62,266 bases of DNA, filler included, from 5 parts of 5 records of this genome joined end to end with filler, not necessarily neighbours in it, one strand, 5' to 3'. Positions 29,339 to 39,910 are shown, counted from the first letter of the whole stretch. Translations and numbers: made by a program. Notes: generated by a model not told the origin, from the sequence alone.

Positions 29339-30172
29339 TTAGTTGCTGGCCTCTACCTTTATGCATTTGCCTTCTTCCGTGATGATCTCGGCTTTTTCAA
29401 ACGAGCTGGTTACAGCTTTCTGAACGCCTTCTAGACCACCAAACTGTGCCATCCAAGGTGCTGGGGTAGGGTTGAAGTGTGTCGGGATAACCATTTTTGC
29501 GCTCCAGCTTTCCTTAACGGCGGCCAATTGTTCATCATTCCGCAAGCCAAACCAAAACGGCATAATGAGGGCATCAACGTCTAATGCATTAACGCCAGCG
29601 TTTTTTAGCTGCGCGCGAGACGCACTTATGTCGCCGGTATGGAAAAAACTAACGCCGTCCACAGTAATTCTGTAACCCACATTTTGCGGCATGTTAGGGC
29701 CGTGATCCACATCAAAGGTTTGAACTTTTACATCACCAACCTTGAAGTCTGTTAGCGTTGCGTCTGGCACAGAAACAACCCGTTCCTTCTCAGCGTCATT
29801 CAGGCCGTTTGCCTCTAAGGCAACAACAGCATCCGCAGGGTAGGCATAGGTAACATCGCTCGTCGCACGTAAATGTCTGATGGTTGCGAGAGGATCAAAG
29901 TGGTCGCCGTGACGATGGGTTGACACAACCAGCGACAGATTTTCATAATCGCCGGTTTTATCGACCATTGCCTTAACATGATCAGCGGAAGGCAATGCAA
30001 AGCGGCCCTGATACTGATCTTCCACCATCAGACCATCAATTAACACTGAGGCGTTTTTACCTTTAATGAGAAAGCCTGCGTTGGCCACATGACACAATTC
30101 AACGGCATTAACTGCTGTTGTTGGCAAGGCCAGCAAGGTTGCAGCTGTATATATTTTTGTTGAAAAAGGCAC
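29339..30172 (-). CDS. Secreted metallo-beta-lactamase-fold hydrolase
   Basis: THRHGDHF, FFHTGD, IPTH; signal peptide; GTG 30172 with GGAG RBS. Confidence 0.88.
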   Translation of the reverse strand: MPFSTKIYTAATLLALPTTAVNAVELCHVANAGFLIKGKNASVLIDGLMVEDQYQGRFALPSADHVKAMVDKTGDYENLSLVVSTHRHGDHFDPLATIRHLRATSDVTYAYPADAVVALEANGLNDAEKERVVSVPDATLTDFKVGDVKVQTFDVDHGPNMPQNVGYRITVDGVSFFHTGDISASRAQLKNAGVNALDVDALIMPFWFGLRNDEQLAAVKESWSAKMVIPTHFNPTPAPWMAQFGGLEGVQKAVTSSFEKAEIITEEGKCIKVEASN

Positions 30173-30328
30173 AAATGGTCTCCGCGAATATGAGGGAACA
30201 AAATCAGAGCGTAAGCAAATTATAGATATTAAAGCAGCATAAATGGCCAAATTGAACCAAAGTGGGGACAAGTAAAATATTCTTGTAATAATATTCCAAG
30301 AATAGCATTAAAAACCCGCCATAAATTA

Positions 30329-30428
30329 NNNNNNNNNNNNNNNNNNNNNNNNNNNNNNNNNNNNNNNNNNNNTTAATTAATTAANNNNNNNNNNNNNNNN
30401 NNNNNNNNNNNNNNNNNNNNNNNNNNNN
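30329..30428. other. Artificial contig-joining spacer
   Basis: N-run + TTAATTAATTAA + N-run. Confidence 0.99.
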
Positions 30429-30455
30429 GATCCCATGGTCGAGCCATGGGATGAC
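30429..30455. repeat. REP-like palindrome half (GATCCC...GGGATGAC type)
   Basis: GATCCCATGG-TCGAG-CCATGGGATGAC, near-identical to 36716-36743; lies at the contig break. Confidence 0.75.
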
Positions 30456-30525
30456 GGAGGAGGAGGTGTTGCTCGAGTGGCCTTGCCACGTAAAAGGAGC
30501 GATTGAGACCTTGTCACGGTTTCCA

Positions 30526-32502
30526 TCACACCAGATCCGCATCCGTGATGATCTCCACCAGCGACGGACCGTCGTGGGCGATGGCATCGGCGATGGCGTC
30601 TTTCAGCTCGGCGGGGTCGGTCACCCGGTGGCCGTGACCACCGCACAGGCGCGCGAAAGCGGCGAAGGACGGGTTGGTGAGGTTCGTTTCCCAGACTGGC
30701 CATTCGCCCGAGCGCTGCTCCTTGGAGATCTTGCCGAGCTCGGAATTGTTCAAAAGGATATGGGTTATATCCATTCCGTATTTGACGGCCGTGGTGAACT
30801 CCATGGCGTATTGACCAAAACCTCCGTCACCCGAAATCGAGATCACCTTGCGGCCCCGGAATTCCTCGAAGTCCTGGGTCGCGCTCCAGGCGCCGAGGGC
30901 TGCCGGCAGGCTGAAGCCAATGGAGCCGAGATAACCGGACATCAGGATGCGCTGTCCGCAAGGCTCAAAATACCGACCGAAGGAATAGGTGTTGTTGCCG
31001 ACGTCGACCGGGATGATCGCGTCCGGTGGGCACAGATCGCTCAAAGCCTTGAAAACGGCCGCCGAGTGAATGCCCCTGCCGCCGTCCTCGGAAAGACGAA
31101 GGTCCTTTTCCGCGCGCCAGATTGTCCAGCGTTCCACCAGCTCGCTCGCCTGGTCGGGGGCATCTGCCGGTTTCAGCACCTGATCAACAATGGCTTCGCA
31201 GAAGGTGCCGATCTCGCCCCAGACAGGCAGGGTCACGGGATGGAACTTGCCGAGCTGCATGCGTTCGAAATCCACCTGGATGATGGTCTTGTAGGGGGCG
31301 ATGCCTGTGTGGTTGGCAAAGGAAGACCCGAGCGAGACGATCAGATCCGCCTCGTTCATGAACCAGCTCGCAATCGGGGTCCCGGAGCGGCCAAGAACAC
31401 CGGCCGCCAGCGGGTGGGTGTCCGGGATCAGGCCCTTGCCCTTGAAAGTGGTCAGGACCGGTGCGCCGAGCTTTTCGGCAAGCGCGACGACCTTGTCGCG
31501 AACATCCTTGGCGCCGTAGCCAAGCACAATGACCGGGCGTTTCGCTGCGTTGATCATCTCAACGGCCTTTGCGAGGTCCTCGCCCGAGGGCGTGATGCCG
31601 GTTCCGCCGAGGCGGCCTTCGGGTTTGCCTGCCTCCTTGCTGCTCGGGTTGGTCTGGACGTCGTCGGGGAAAATGAGATTGGCGACATCCCGTTCCACCA
31701 GCGCGGTTTTCAAGGCCAGCGACATCAGCTCGGCATGGTTGGAGGTGCTGAGCACTGGCTGGGAAAACTTCGAGACGGCTTCGAACGCGGATTTGAGATC
31801 AATGTCCTGAAAGGCCCCCGGGCCGAACACCTGGGTCTGAACCTGGCCAGTGAGGGCCAGAACCGGTGACCGGTCGACCTTGGCGTCCCAGAGGCCGGTC
31901 AGAAGGTTGGTTGCGCCGGGGCCTGCAATGGTGAGGCAGGCTGCCGGTTTGCCTGTCAGCTTGCCATAGGCGGAGGCGGCGAAGGCGGCGGCGCCCTCGT
32001 GGCGAATGCCGATATAGCCCAGGGCGCCTTTGTCGACCTGACGGCGTATCGCATCGGCAAGGCCGAGGTTGGAGTGGCCGACCATGCCGAAGACACGCTT
32101 GACGCCCCAGTTGACCATGGTTTCGGCCATGACGTCGGTCACGGTGCGTTCATGGGGCGGCTCCGGGTCCAGGCCGATGAAGATCTCGTCGCCGTCGATC
32201 CTGAGGGGATAGAGCTTCTGGCCACTGTCCTCGTGACCGCCGGGAGGCGTGCCCGTCAGCGGATCGAAGTCCCAGCCGTGCCAGGGGCAGCGAATCCAGC
32301 ATTTTCCGTCCGACCCCTTCTCGATGGAGCCTTCCCCGAGTGGGCCGCGCTGATGCGGGCAATGATTGTCCATTGCCGCCCACTGGCCTTCGAAATGCGA
32401 CAGGCATATCGAGGTTGTTCGCGCCGTAACCGTTTTCACCCGGCCTTCGGGCAGGTCTTTGACGTGCCCAACCTTGATCCAGTCGAGATCCTGAGCGTTC
32501 AT
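30526..32502 (-). CDS. Rieske [2Fe-2S] domain fused to a TPP-dependent enzyme (pyruvate oxidase/acetolactate synthase-like)
   Basis: CPH...CPWH Rieske ligands; IRHEGAAAFAA; GPGATN; TPP motif GDGG...NN. Confidence 0.92.
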   Translation of the reverse strand: MNAQDLDWIKVGHVKDLPEGRVKTVTARTTSICLSHFEGQWAAMDNHCPHQRGPLGEGSIEKGSDGKCWIRCPWHGWDFDPLTGTPPGGHEDSGQKLYPLRIDGDEIFIGLDPEPPHERTVTDVMAETMVNWGVKRVFGMVGHSNLGLADAIRRQVDKGALGYIGIRHEGAAAFAASAYGKLTGKPAACLTIAGPGATNLLTGLWDAKVDRSPVLALTGQVQTQVFGPGAFQDIDLKSAFEAVSKFSQPVLSTSNHAELMSLALKTALVERDVANLIFPDDVQTNPSSKEAGKPEGRLGGTGITPSGEDLAKAVEMINAAKRPVIVLGYGAKDVRDKVVALAEKLGAPVLTTFKGKGLIPDTHPLAAGVLGRSGTPIASWFMNEADLIVSLGSSFANHTGIAPYKTIIQVDFERMQLGKFHPVTLPVWGEIGTFCEAIVDQVLKPADAPDQASELVERWTIWRAEKDLRLSEDGGRGIHSAAVFKALSDLCPPDAIIPVDVGNNTYSFGRYFEPCGQRILMSGYLGSIGFSLPAALGAWSATQDFEEFRGRKVISISGDGGFGQYAMEFTTAVKYGMDITHILLNNSELGKISKEQRSGEWPVWETNLTNPSFAAFARLCGGHGHRVTDPAELKDAIADAIAHDGPSLVEIITDADLV

Positions 32503-32532
32503 TGGTCTTCCTCCCTTAAACGTCGCGATCGG

Positions 32533-34143
32533 TCACGCGATGCCGCCATAGGCAACGCCGGATAGCTCGGCCATTTCCCGTTTCCAGGTCGTCAGGTCTT
32601 CCAGGGTGAACTGGCTCAGGTGCGAATGGCCGCAGGCCCTTGCCATCACCTGCATCAGTTCAACCGATGCTTCGAAGAAGTTGGTCAGCTGACGGGCGGA
32701 TTTCTCGATTTCCAGCCGATTGACCAGATGCGGTTTCTGGGTGGCGATCCCGACCGGGCAATTGTTGGTGTGGCAGGCTCGCATGGCGATACAGCCGATG
32801 GCCTGCATGGCCGAATTGGAAAGCGCCACCGCGTCGGCACCGAGCGCCAGGGCCTTGATGAAATCGGCCGGTTTGCGCAGGCCGCCTGTGATGATCAACG
32901 TGATGTCCGGCCGATCCGACGTGTCGAGGTGCCGCCGGGCGCGGGCAAGCGCGGGAATGGTCGGAACGGAGATGTTGTCGCGGAAGATGATCGGTGCTGC
33001 CCCGGTGCCGCCGCCACGGCCATCAAGGATAATGTAGTCGACACCCAGCTCCAACGCCGCGTCGATATCCTTTTCGATGTGCTGGGCCGACAGCTTGTAA
33101 CCGATCGGGATGCCGCCGGTGCGGGTGCGCACCTCGTCGGCGAAATCCTTTATCTGGGACCGATCTGTCCAGTCCGGAAAGCGGGGCGGCGAGATCGCGT
33201 CTTCGCCTTCCTTCAAGCCGCGGACCTCGGCAATCTTGCCCTTGACCTTGGCACCCGGCAGATGACCGCCGGTGCCGGTCTTGGCCCCCTGGCCGCCCTT
33301 GAAGTGAAACGCCTGAACCTTGTCGAGCTTGTCCCATGCAAAACCGAAACGGGCCGAGGCAAGTTCATAGAAATACCTTGAATTGGCCTGTTGTTCTTCC
33401 GGCAGCATGCCGCCTTCGCCGGAGCAGATGCCGGTTCCGGCAAGGTCTGCGCCTCTGGCCAGAGCAATCTTGGCCGGCTCCGAAAGGGCGCCAAAGCTCA
33501 TGTCGGAGACCAGCAACGGAATCTTCAGTTTCAGCGGTTTCTGCGCGTTCGGCCCGACAACAACGTCCGTGCCGACCGGTTCGTCCTCCAGAAGCGGGAA
33601 TTTCTGCAGTTGGGCCGTCAGTATCTGGATATCGTCCCAGTCGGGCAACTGGTTGCGCGGCACGCCCATGGCGTCGACGCGGCCATGATGACCTGTCTTT
33701 TTAAGACCGTCGCGGGCGTATTGCTGGATCAGGCCGTTGTAAGGTTCTTCCTCGGTGCCGTGGCTGGTGTCGGCATAAAGGCCGAGGTAGCTGTTGCGGT
33801 TGAACGGCTGCGGATGCTCCCGAGCCCAGGCGGCGACCTCGTCCTCGTCGACCAGGATTTCGTCGCCTTCCACCCAGCTCTTGAATTTCGGCAAGGCCTC
33901 GGAGTTGTTGTATTCGGAGACGCCGCTGTCGAGCCGGTAATCCCAGTAATGAACACCGCAGATGAGGTTGTTGCCGCTGACATAGCCATCGGACATGAGC
34001 GCGCCGCGATGCAGGCAGCGGCCGTAGAAGACGGAGATGTCGTCGTCGAAGCGAACAACCACAAGGTCAACATCGGCGACGAGGGCATAGGTCGGTTTTC
34101 TGTCCGGCAATTCGCTGAGTTTGGCAACAACCTGTTTTGTCAT
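32533..34143 (-). CDS. Rieske domain fused to an FMN-binding glutamate-synthase-like domain
   Basis: CLH...CGVH; MSFGALS, SGEGG, GQGAKTGTGGHLPG, DGRGGGTGAAP; [3Fe-4S] motif CIAMRACHTNNC. Confidence 0.92.
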   Translation of the reverse strand: MTKQVVAKLSELPDRKPTYALVADVDLVVVRFDDDISVFYGRCLHRGALMSDGYVSGNNLICGVHYWDYRLDSGVSEYNNSEALPKFKSWVEGDEILVDEDEVAAWAREHPQPFNRNSYLGLYADTSHGTEEEPYNGLIQQYARDGLKKTGHHGRVDAMGVPRNQLPDWDDIQILTAQLQKFPLLEDEPVGTDVVVGPNAQKPLKLKIPLLVSDMSFGALSEPAKIALARGADLAGTGICSGEGGMLPEEQQANSRYFYELASARFGFAWDKLDKVQAFHFKGGQGAKTGTGGHLPGAKVKGKIAEVRGLKEGEDAISPPRFPDWTDRSQIKDFADEVRTRTGGIPIGYKLSAQHIEKDIDAALELGVDYIILDGRGGGTGAAPIIFRDNISVPTIPALARARRHLDTSDRPDITLIITGGLRKPADFIKALALGADAVALSNSAMQAIGCIAMRACHTNNCPVGIATQKPHLVNRLEIEKSARQLTNFFEASVELMQVMARACGHSHLSQFTLEDLTTWKREMAELSGVAYGGIA

Positions 34144-34196
34144 GTCTTCCCCCGGCTACTGGCGATATGCGCCCTGGCTATTGGGTTGGTCGAAAT

Positions 34197-35444
34197 TCAG
34201 TCCGCAGGCACTTCCGGCCGCATGGGCGGCATGGCCTTGAGTTCCGCTGCCCCGTCCTTGCCGGACATGTGAGCACCGTACCATTTGGCAAAAGGCACGG
34301 CTGTGACACCATGCAGGACAGCGCTGATCCAGACCGCGTTAACGGCCAGGTTCAGGAGCTGTTCACCGATTGCGTGATCGATCTGGTCAACGACGAGGAG
34401 CGCGAAGAGGGCTGTTGCCAGTCCGCGCGGGCCGAACCAGCCGAAAAAGAGCTTGGTCAGCGGGGCGGCATCCGTGCCGGCAAGCGACAGCCAGACCGCC
34501 AGTGGTCGCACCACGAACAGGCTCACCAGAATGAGCGCAAGGCTGGCGGCATCAAGGTGAGCGATGGCTTCGGGCAACAGGGCAAGACCGATCAGGAAAA
34601 AGGCACCCCAGGAAAGCATCTGGCCTTCGCTTTCGGTGAATTCGTAAATGAAGGCGCATTGCCCCTTGATGACGTTGCCGAAGAAGAGCCCTGCGACAAA
34701 CGCTGATATGAAACCGTTGCCGCCGATTTCGCCGGCGGCAAGATAAGCGCCGCACGCCATGGCAATGGCGCCGATGCCTTCGATGGTATCGGTGGTCATG
34801 CCCCGGCGTTTGGCAGCCAGAAACAGCACTCCGCCCGCAGCTCCGATAGCCGCGCCCGCCAGGGGACCAAGGATCAGTTGCTTGGCGCCAAACATCAGCC
34901 AGTCTGTCGCACCCGGCTGCATCATTTCCCCGGCAAGGCTCGCGAACAGCAAGATGGCCGGCAGGGCCAGTCCGTCATTGAGGCCGCTTTCCAGCGTCAG
35001 CGCCCGGCGCACCCGCTCCGGCACCGCCTTGTTGGTGATGACAGCCTGGCCGAGAGCAGCGTCGGTCGGGGCGAGCAGCGCGGCAGCAAGAGCGGCGACG
35101 ATGAGCGGTTCGCCGCTCAAAAACGGTATGGCCGCCACGGTTCCGATAATGATGGCAAGTGGCAGGCCAAGGGCGAGCATGCGCAGGGGCCATTGATGGC
35201 GCTGGCGCAGGGCCTGAAGATTGATCTGGGCAGCGTCCAGGAACAAAAGGACGATGAGAGCCATTTCGGCAACGATATGCAGAAGGCGTTCAGCATCGGT
35301 TCCGGGCATCAGCCCGGTCTGGGCCATCAGGTAACCGAAGCCGATGAAGAGGATCGGCGCTGTCAGGACGCCGTTCGACAATTTCCTGGCCAGCAGCGTG
35401 TAGCAGACCGTAAACAGCGCCAGAAGCAACAGGCCGGTTGTCAT
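34197..35444 (-). CDS. Cation:proton antiporter (CPA1/NhaP family)
   Basis: LAPTDAALG, ESGLNDG, WFGPRGLA; many TM helices. Confidence 0.92.
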   Translation of the reverse strand: MTTGLLLLALFTVCYTLLARKLSNGVLTAPILFIGFGYLMAQTGLMPGTDAERLLHIVAEMALIVLLFLDAAQINLQALRQRHQWPLRMLALGLPLAIIIGTVAAIPFLSGEPLIVAALAAALLAPTDAALGQAVITNKAVPERVRRALTLESGLNDGLALPAILLFASLAGEMMQPGATDWLMFGAKQLILGPLAGAAIGAAGGVLFLAAKRRGMTTDTIEGIGAIAMACGAYLAAGEIGGNGFISAFVAGLFFGNVIKGQCAFIYEFTESEGQMLSWGAFFLIGLALLPEAIAHLDAASLALILVSLFVVRPLAVWLSLAGTDAAPLTKLFFGWFGPRGLATALFALLVVDQIDHAIGEQLLNLAVNAVWISAVLHGVTAVPFAKWYGAHMSGKDGAAELKAMPPMRPEVPAD

Positions 35445-35593
35445 GAAACGGTATCCCCCTCGAACGCTGTGACGTTAGGACAGCGCGAGCTGCCGTCTCA
35501 AATCATAATGCGATGACGCGGTTGTGCGACAGCCGTGATTTGCCAAAGGCGAAAATGCGTTTGTAAAGGGCGGGGCCAAGGCCCGTGTGAGGA

Positions 35594-36328
35594 TTACTGC
35601 AAGGCCGCCAATTGCTTCAGGATGCGCTGCGCATCGGCGGGTTTGGCGGCGATTTCAAGGATCAGTTTCTTGCGCACTGCTTCGGCAAATGTCGCTGGAC
35701 TGTCGGCAGTCACCACAAAGGCGGCCGGACCGCCGATGATGCTCTCGTAGAACCGCTTTTCCAGATCGTAGGCAATCGGCCGGCCGGAACAGTGCCGGCA
35801 CAGAACCGCCAGGCCGTTGATGACAATGCCGGAGGAAACCACGATATTCCGGGCTTCGGGTATGGTCGGACCGTTCCAGTTGTTGGCGCTGTCGGCAGAA
35901 AGGTCGATCACCCTGCGCAAGCCTGCAAAGGCATTGTCGTCGATCAGCTCCTTGCCTTTCAGAAGCGCTGCGCCGATGGCGTTGCGGCCGTAGGCGCGGC
36001 GCGGGGCTGCCATCAGTTCCGTTGCAAAATGCTGGGCGCTCTCCGGTCCGTCGATGACTGTCCAGTCCACGACAACATCCTGGGAGTGCATGTCCGCCCA
36101 TTCGACATAGGTGACGACGATCTTGCCGTAAATGTTGCTGGCGATGGCATTCAGCACTGACGGATCCGTGATCGCGTCGGCATAGCCCTTGCGTTGAAAC
36201 CGAATTTCTTCGTCATCGATGGACCCGGTTGCATCGGCCAGGAGCACCAGTTCCAGGTCGAGTTCTTCGGAAAAGGCTGGGGGGATCAGAAAAAGGCACC
36301 AGACAACAACAGCAAGGATTATCCGCAT
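35594..36328 (-). CDS. DUF1194 (vWA-like) secreted protein
   Basis: DLELVLLADATGSID...QRKGY; RRVIDLS; IIGGP-AF; AVRKKLILEIA. Confidence 0.85.
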   Translation of the reverse strand: MRIILAVVVWCLFLIPPAFSEELDLELVLLADATGSIDDEEIRFQRKGYADAITDPSVLNAIASNIYGKIVVTYVEWADMHSQDVVVDWTVIDGPESAQHFATELMAAPRRAYGRNAIGAALLKGKELIDDNAFAGLRRVIDLSADSANNWNGPTIPEARNIVVSSGIVINGLAVLCRHCSGRPIAYDLEKRFYESIIGGPAAFVVTADSPATFAEAVRKKLILEIAAKPADAQRILKQLAALQ

Positions 36329-36513
36329 CGCAACCGTCTCCCCATGGCAAAGGCATTTGAGAGTAGCTAGGGCGGGGTCGGGAAAATGGCAGGGTGGATG
36401 ATGGTCGTGTCGCGAAGTTTGTCGTTGTTCGCACATGTCATAATACGGCTTGCCCCACTCGTATCCGGGGAAGCTCTCGCCACAGAATATTTGCACTCAA
36501 GCACCGGCAACTT

Positions 36514-36626
36514 GTCATCCCTGCGCAGGCAGGGATCCAGTAACCCGCAGAGTTTGCGTTTTTCGTCTCATACGACACGGCGTACTGGGTCCCGGTCTTG
36601 CTGCTGACGCAACAAACCGGGACGAC
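36514..36626. repeat. REP/MITE-like element with two palindromic ends
   Basis: GTCATCCCTGCGCAGGCAGGGATCCAG ... CTGGGTCCCGGT...ACCGGGACGAC; GTCATCCC/GGGACGAC termini. Confidence 0.75.
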
Positions 36627-36715
36627 AAATCATGGAGGTTCGGATGTGCATAATCCCGCAATCCATGCCAATGCGTTACCTCGTTCACGCACTTTGTATG
36701 GAGGTGCAACGGCTT

Positions 36716-36743
36716 GGATCCCGTGGTCATGCCATGGGATGAC
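36716..36743. repeat. REP-like palindrome half
   Basis: GGATCCCGTGG-TCATG-CCATGGGATGAC; matches 30429-30455. Confidence 0.75.
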
Positions 36744-36764
36744 GACGCTTGGAAATGAAGAACC

Positions 36765-36797
36765 AAAAAACCCGCCTTCCATCGGAAAGCGGGTTTT
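36765..36797 (-). terminator. Intrinsic terminator of hemA
   Basis: AAAAAACCCGCCTTCC-ATC-GGAAAGCGGGTTTT. Confidence 0.8.
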
Positions 36798-36821
36798 GCA
36801 GGGTCTGCTTTTAACCAGAGC

Positions 36822-38039
36822 TTACGCGACAGCGCGGGCCAGTGCGCATTGCGACCACAGGTCATTGATCGCGTTGGCGAGGTGTTCGATGTCTTCGGCC
36901 GTGTGCAGCGGTGTCGGGGTGAAGCGCAGGCGCTCCGTGCCGACCGGAACCGTCGGATAGTTGATCGGTTGAACGTAGATGCCGTAGGTGTCCAGAAGGA
37001 TGTCGGAGATCCATTTGCACTTCTTGGCATCACCCACCATCACCGGAACGATGTGGCTCGGGTTTTCCATGTGCGGGATGCCGCGCTTGTCGAGAGCGGC
37101 GCGGACCTGGGCGACCCGGTCCTTGTGCGCCTTGCGCTCGAACGGGCTGTCCTTCAGGTGACGGATGGAGACGGCTGCGCCTGCTGCCAGCGCCGGCGGC
37201 AGGGCGGTGGTGAAGATAAAGCCGGAGGCGAAGGAGCGGATAAAGTCGACAACCGTCTTCGAACCGGTGATGTAACCGCCCATCACGCCGAAGGCCTTGC
37301 CGAGCGTGCCTTCGATGATGGTCAGACGATCCATCAGGCCTTCGCGTTCGGCAACGCCGCCGCCACGCGGGCCATACATGCCAACGGCATGCACTTCGTC
37401 GAGGTAGGTCAGTGCACCGAACTTGTCGGCAACGTCACAGATTTCCTTGATCGGCGCGATGTCGCCATCCATGGAATAGACGCTTTCGAATGCGACCAGT
37501 TTCGGCGCGTCCGGATCGTCCGCCGCCATCTGGCGTTCCAGGTCTTCATAGTCGTTGTGCTTGAAGATGCGCTTTTCGCAGCGGGCGTGGCGGATGCCTT
37601 CAATCATGGACGCGTGGTTGAGCGAGTCCGAATAGACGATCATGCCCGGAACCTGGGAGGCGAGCGTTCCCAGCGCTGCCCAGTTGGAAACATAACCGGA
37701 CGTGAAGATCAGAGCAGCTTCCTTGCCGTGAAGGTCGGCCAGCTCGTTCTCCAGAAGAACATGGTAGTGATTGGTGCCGGAAATGTTGCGCGTTCCGCCT
37801 GCGCCTGCGCCGCATTTGGAGATCACGTCCTGCATCGCGGTCACGACCTTTTCGTTCTGGCCCATGCCGAGATAATCGTTGGAGCACCAGACGGTCACGT
37901 CCTGAACCGAACCATCTTCGCGGTAACGGGTTGCGCGCGGAAAAGCACCTGCCTGGCGTTCCAGATCTGCAAACACACGGTAATTGCCGTTGTCATGCAG
38001 TTTGCCCAGGCGTTCTTCCAGATACGCGTTCACGTCCAT
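36822..38039 (-). CDS. hemA: 5-aminolevulinate synthase
   Basis: [47 protein letters not shown]. Confidence 0.97.
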   Translation of the reverse strand: MDVNAYLEERLGKLHDNGNYRVFADLERQAGAFPRATRYREDGSVQDVTVWCSNDYLGMGQNEKVVTAMQDVISKCGAGAGGTRNISGTNHYHVLLENELADLHGKEAALIFTSGYVSNWAALGTLASQVPGMIVYSDSLNHASMIEGIRHARCEKRIFKHNDYEDLERQMAADDPDAPKLVAFESVYSMDGDIAPIKEICDVADKFGALTYLDEVHAVGMYGPRGGGVAEREGLMDRLTIIEGTLGKAFGVMGGYITGSKTVVDFIRSFASGFIFTTALPPALAAGAAVSIRHLKDSPFERKAHKDRVAQVRAALDKRGIPHMENPSHIVPVMVGDAKKCKWISDILLDTYGIYVQPINYPTVPVGTERLRFTPTPLHTAEDIEHLANAINDLWSQCALARAVA

Positions 38040-38199
38040 TCTCAGGATCCTCTCATCGCGGGCACCTTTGCCAGCGCCTCTCTCCTGCCCGCGCAACTCG
38101 CGTCCCGCGCGGCCAATTTGCTGCCTGGAACCTTTCCGTCCGATTCCAGACTAGCAGCTAACTTATAGCCATTCAAAACTGCTTATCAAAGTTTTGGCC

Positions 38200-38213
38200 T
38201 TGATCAAGGTCAA
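38200..38213. promoter_or_regulatory. FNR/FnrL/FixK box upstream of hemA
   Basis: TTGAT-CAAG-GTCAA, one mismatch to TTGAT-N4-ATCAA, ~160 nt upstream of hemA. Confidence 0.7.
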
Positions 38214-38499
38214 AAACCCCGGCTGCGTCCAATCGCCATAGTGTCCGTTGCCGTGGTTTGCCAAGGAAAACCGGCCTTGTTTCCTTGTCGGAAAAAGTGC
38301 GCAATACCCGGTGAAACCGAAGAATATCCCAAGGTGATTGCCGGAAAGTTTTCGCGGTTACGGCAAACATGGGTACGGCATCGGAAAGTGCATGGGGCCA
38401 AATTGCCGCATTCTTCGGCCCGGTTTGAAGAAGTTTCTTGCTTTCAACCCTCAAACATGAATACTGATTCATGTTTCATGAATTGGGAGGAAACAGCAG

Positions 38500-39126
38500 G
38501 TGCGCAAACCAGCCGCAGAAGCAGACGCGCCGCAAAAGGCTGCAGGCAACCAGCCGAAAACGGCGCGCGGTGAAGCCACCCGAAAGGCGATCCTGACCGC
38601 TGCCGAAAGGGTGATCGGCGAGAAAGGCTACAACGACGCCTCCATCGGCCACATTACCAGTGAGGCAGGTGTCGCCCAAGGCACTTTCTATATCTACTTC
38701 ACCACCAAGGAGCAGGTGTTCTCGGAGCTCGTCCTGGAAATGGGGCGGCTGGTCCGGCACACGATCGCCGAGGCAACGCAGGGCATCGGCAATCGGCTGG
38801 AAGCGGAAGAGGCCGGCCTGCGGGCCTTCCTGGAATTCGTCCAGGCCCATCCGGACCTCTACCGGATCGTACAGGAAGCACTGTTCGTCGATCCTGCCGC
38901 CTATGAGGAATATTACAAGACATTCGCTGCCGGTTACCGGTCGGGACTGGTTGCTGCCGAGGCCGCCGGACAGATCTCCAAGGGGGACACGGAAACCCGT
39001 GCCTGGGCCCTCATGGGCATCGCCCGGGCCCTTGGCGAGCAGCTGGTCGTGTTCAAGTCGGAAAAACCCATTTCCGAACTGGTTGCCAGTGCCTACGACC
39101 TGATTGCCAACGGCATCAAACCCTGA
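38500..39126 (+). CDS. TetR/AcrR-family regulator
   Basis: TRKAILTAA...GY...ITSEAGVAQGTFYIYF HTH. Confidence 0.93.
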   Translation: MRKPAAEADAPQKAAGNQPKTARGEATRKAILTAAERVIGEKGYNDASIGHITSEAGVAQGTFYIYFTTKEQVFSELVLEMGRLVRHTIAEATQGIGNRLEAEEAGLRAFLEFVQAHPDLYRIVQEALFVDPAAYEEYYKTFAAGYRSGLVAAEAAGQISKGDTETRAWALMGIARALGEQLVVFKSEKPISELVASAYDLIANGIKP

Positions 39127-39136
39127 GGCGCATGTC

Positions 39137-39910
39137 ATGGGTCTCGTTGAGGCAGAAACACGCGGCGGCGCTATCTGGATATGGTTGAACCGGCCGGACC
39201 GGCACAATGCTCTGGTTCCGGCCCTGGTTTCGCAACTGCGGAGCGCCATTGCCGAAGCGGCGATGGCCGAACCGGTGGCGCTGGTCCTGTCAGGCCGCGG
39301 ATCCAGCTTTTCGACTGGTGGCGATATTGGCGGGTTTTTGGACCATGCCGGATCGCAAGGTAAACTCGTGGTCTACTCGGACGAGCTTGTCGGCAGCTTG
39401 CACGAGACGATCCTCGACCTGCTGTCCTTTCCGGCGCCGGTGCTGGCGGCGGTCAATGGGCCGGTGACGGGTGGTTCTGCTGGCTTGATGCTGGCGGCAG
39501 ACATGGTTGCCATGTCCGGGACGGCCTTTGTCCAGCCCTACTACAATCAGGTGGGCTTCGGGCCGGATGGCGGCTGGACAGCCTTGCTGCCGGACCGCAT
39601 CGGCACTTCGAAGGCACTTGCGATCCAGTATCGCAACACGCGCATCAGTGCTTCGGAGGCTGTGGACCTGGGGCTTGCCGTCTGTCAGGTGCCGGGGGCT
39701 GAGCTTGTTGCAACTGTTGACGGCTGGGTCGTGGATCTCGGCAAAGGCTTCGCGCAGACCCACCGCACGACACGGCAGAGTGTTTGGGATGCACGCAGAT
39801 GCGCGATGGTGCGAGACCGTCTTGACCAGGAAAAAGCCAGGTTCCTGGACCTGGTGAGCCGTCAAAGCACGCTCGACGGCATGAAGGAATTCACCAGGAA
39901 ACGGGCCTGA
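39137..39910 (+). CDS. Enoyl-CoA hydratase/isomerase family
   Basis: LNRPDRHNAL, FSTGGD, AAVNGPVTGG, VGFGPDGG. Confidence 0.9.
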   Translation: MGLVEAETRGGAIWIWLNRPDRHNALVPALVSQLRSAIAEAAMAEPVALVLSGRGSSFSTGGDIGGFLDHAGSQGKLVVYSDELVGSLHETILDLLSFPAPVLAAVNGPVTGGSAGLMLAADMVAMSGTAFVQPYYNQVGFGPDGGWTALLPDRIGTSKALAIQYRNTRISASEAVDLGLAVCQVPGAELVATVDGWVVDLGKGFAQTHRTTRQSVWDARRCAMVRDRLDQEKARFLDLVSRQSTLDGMKEFTRKRA

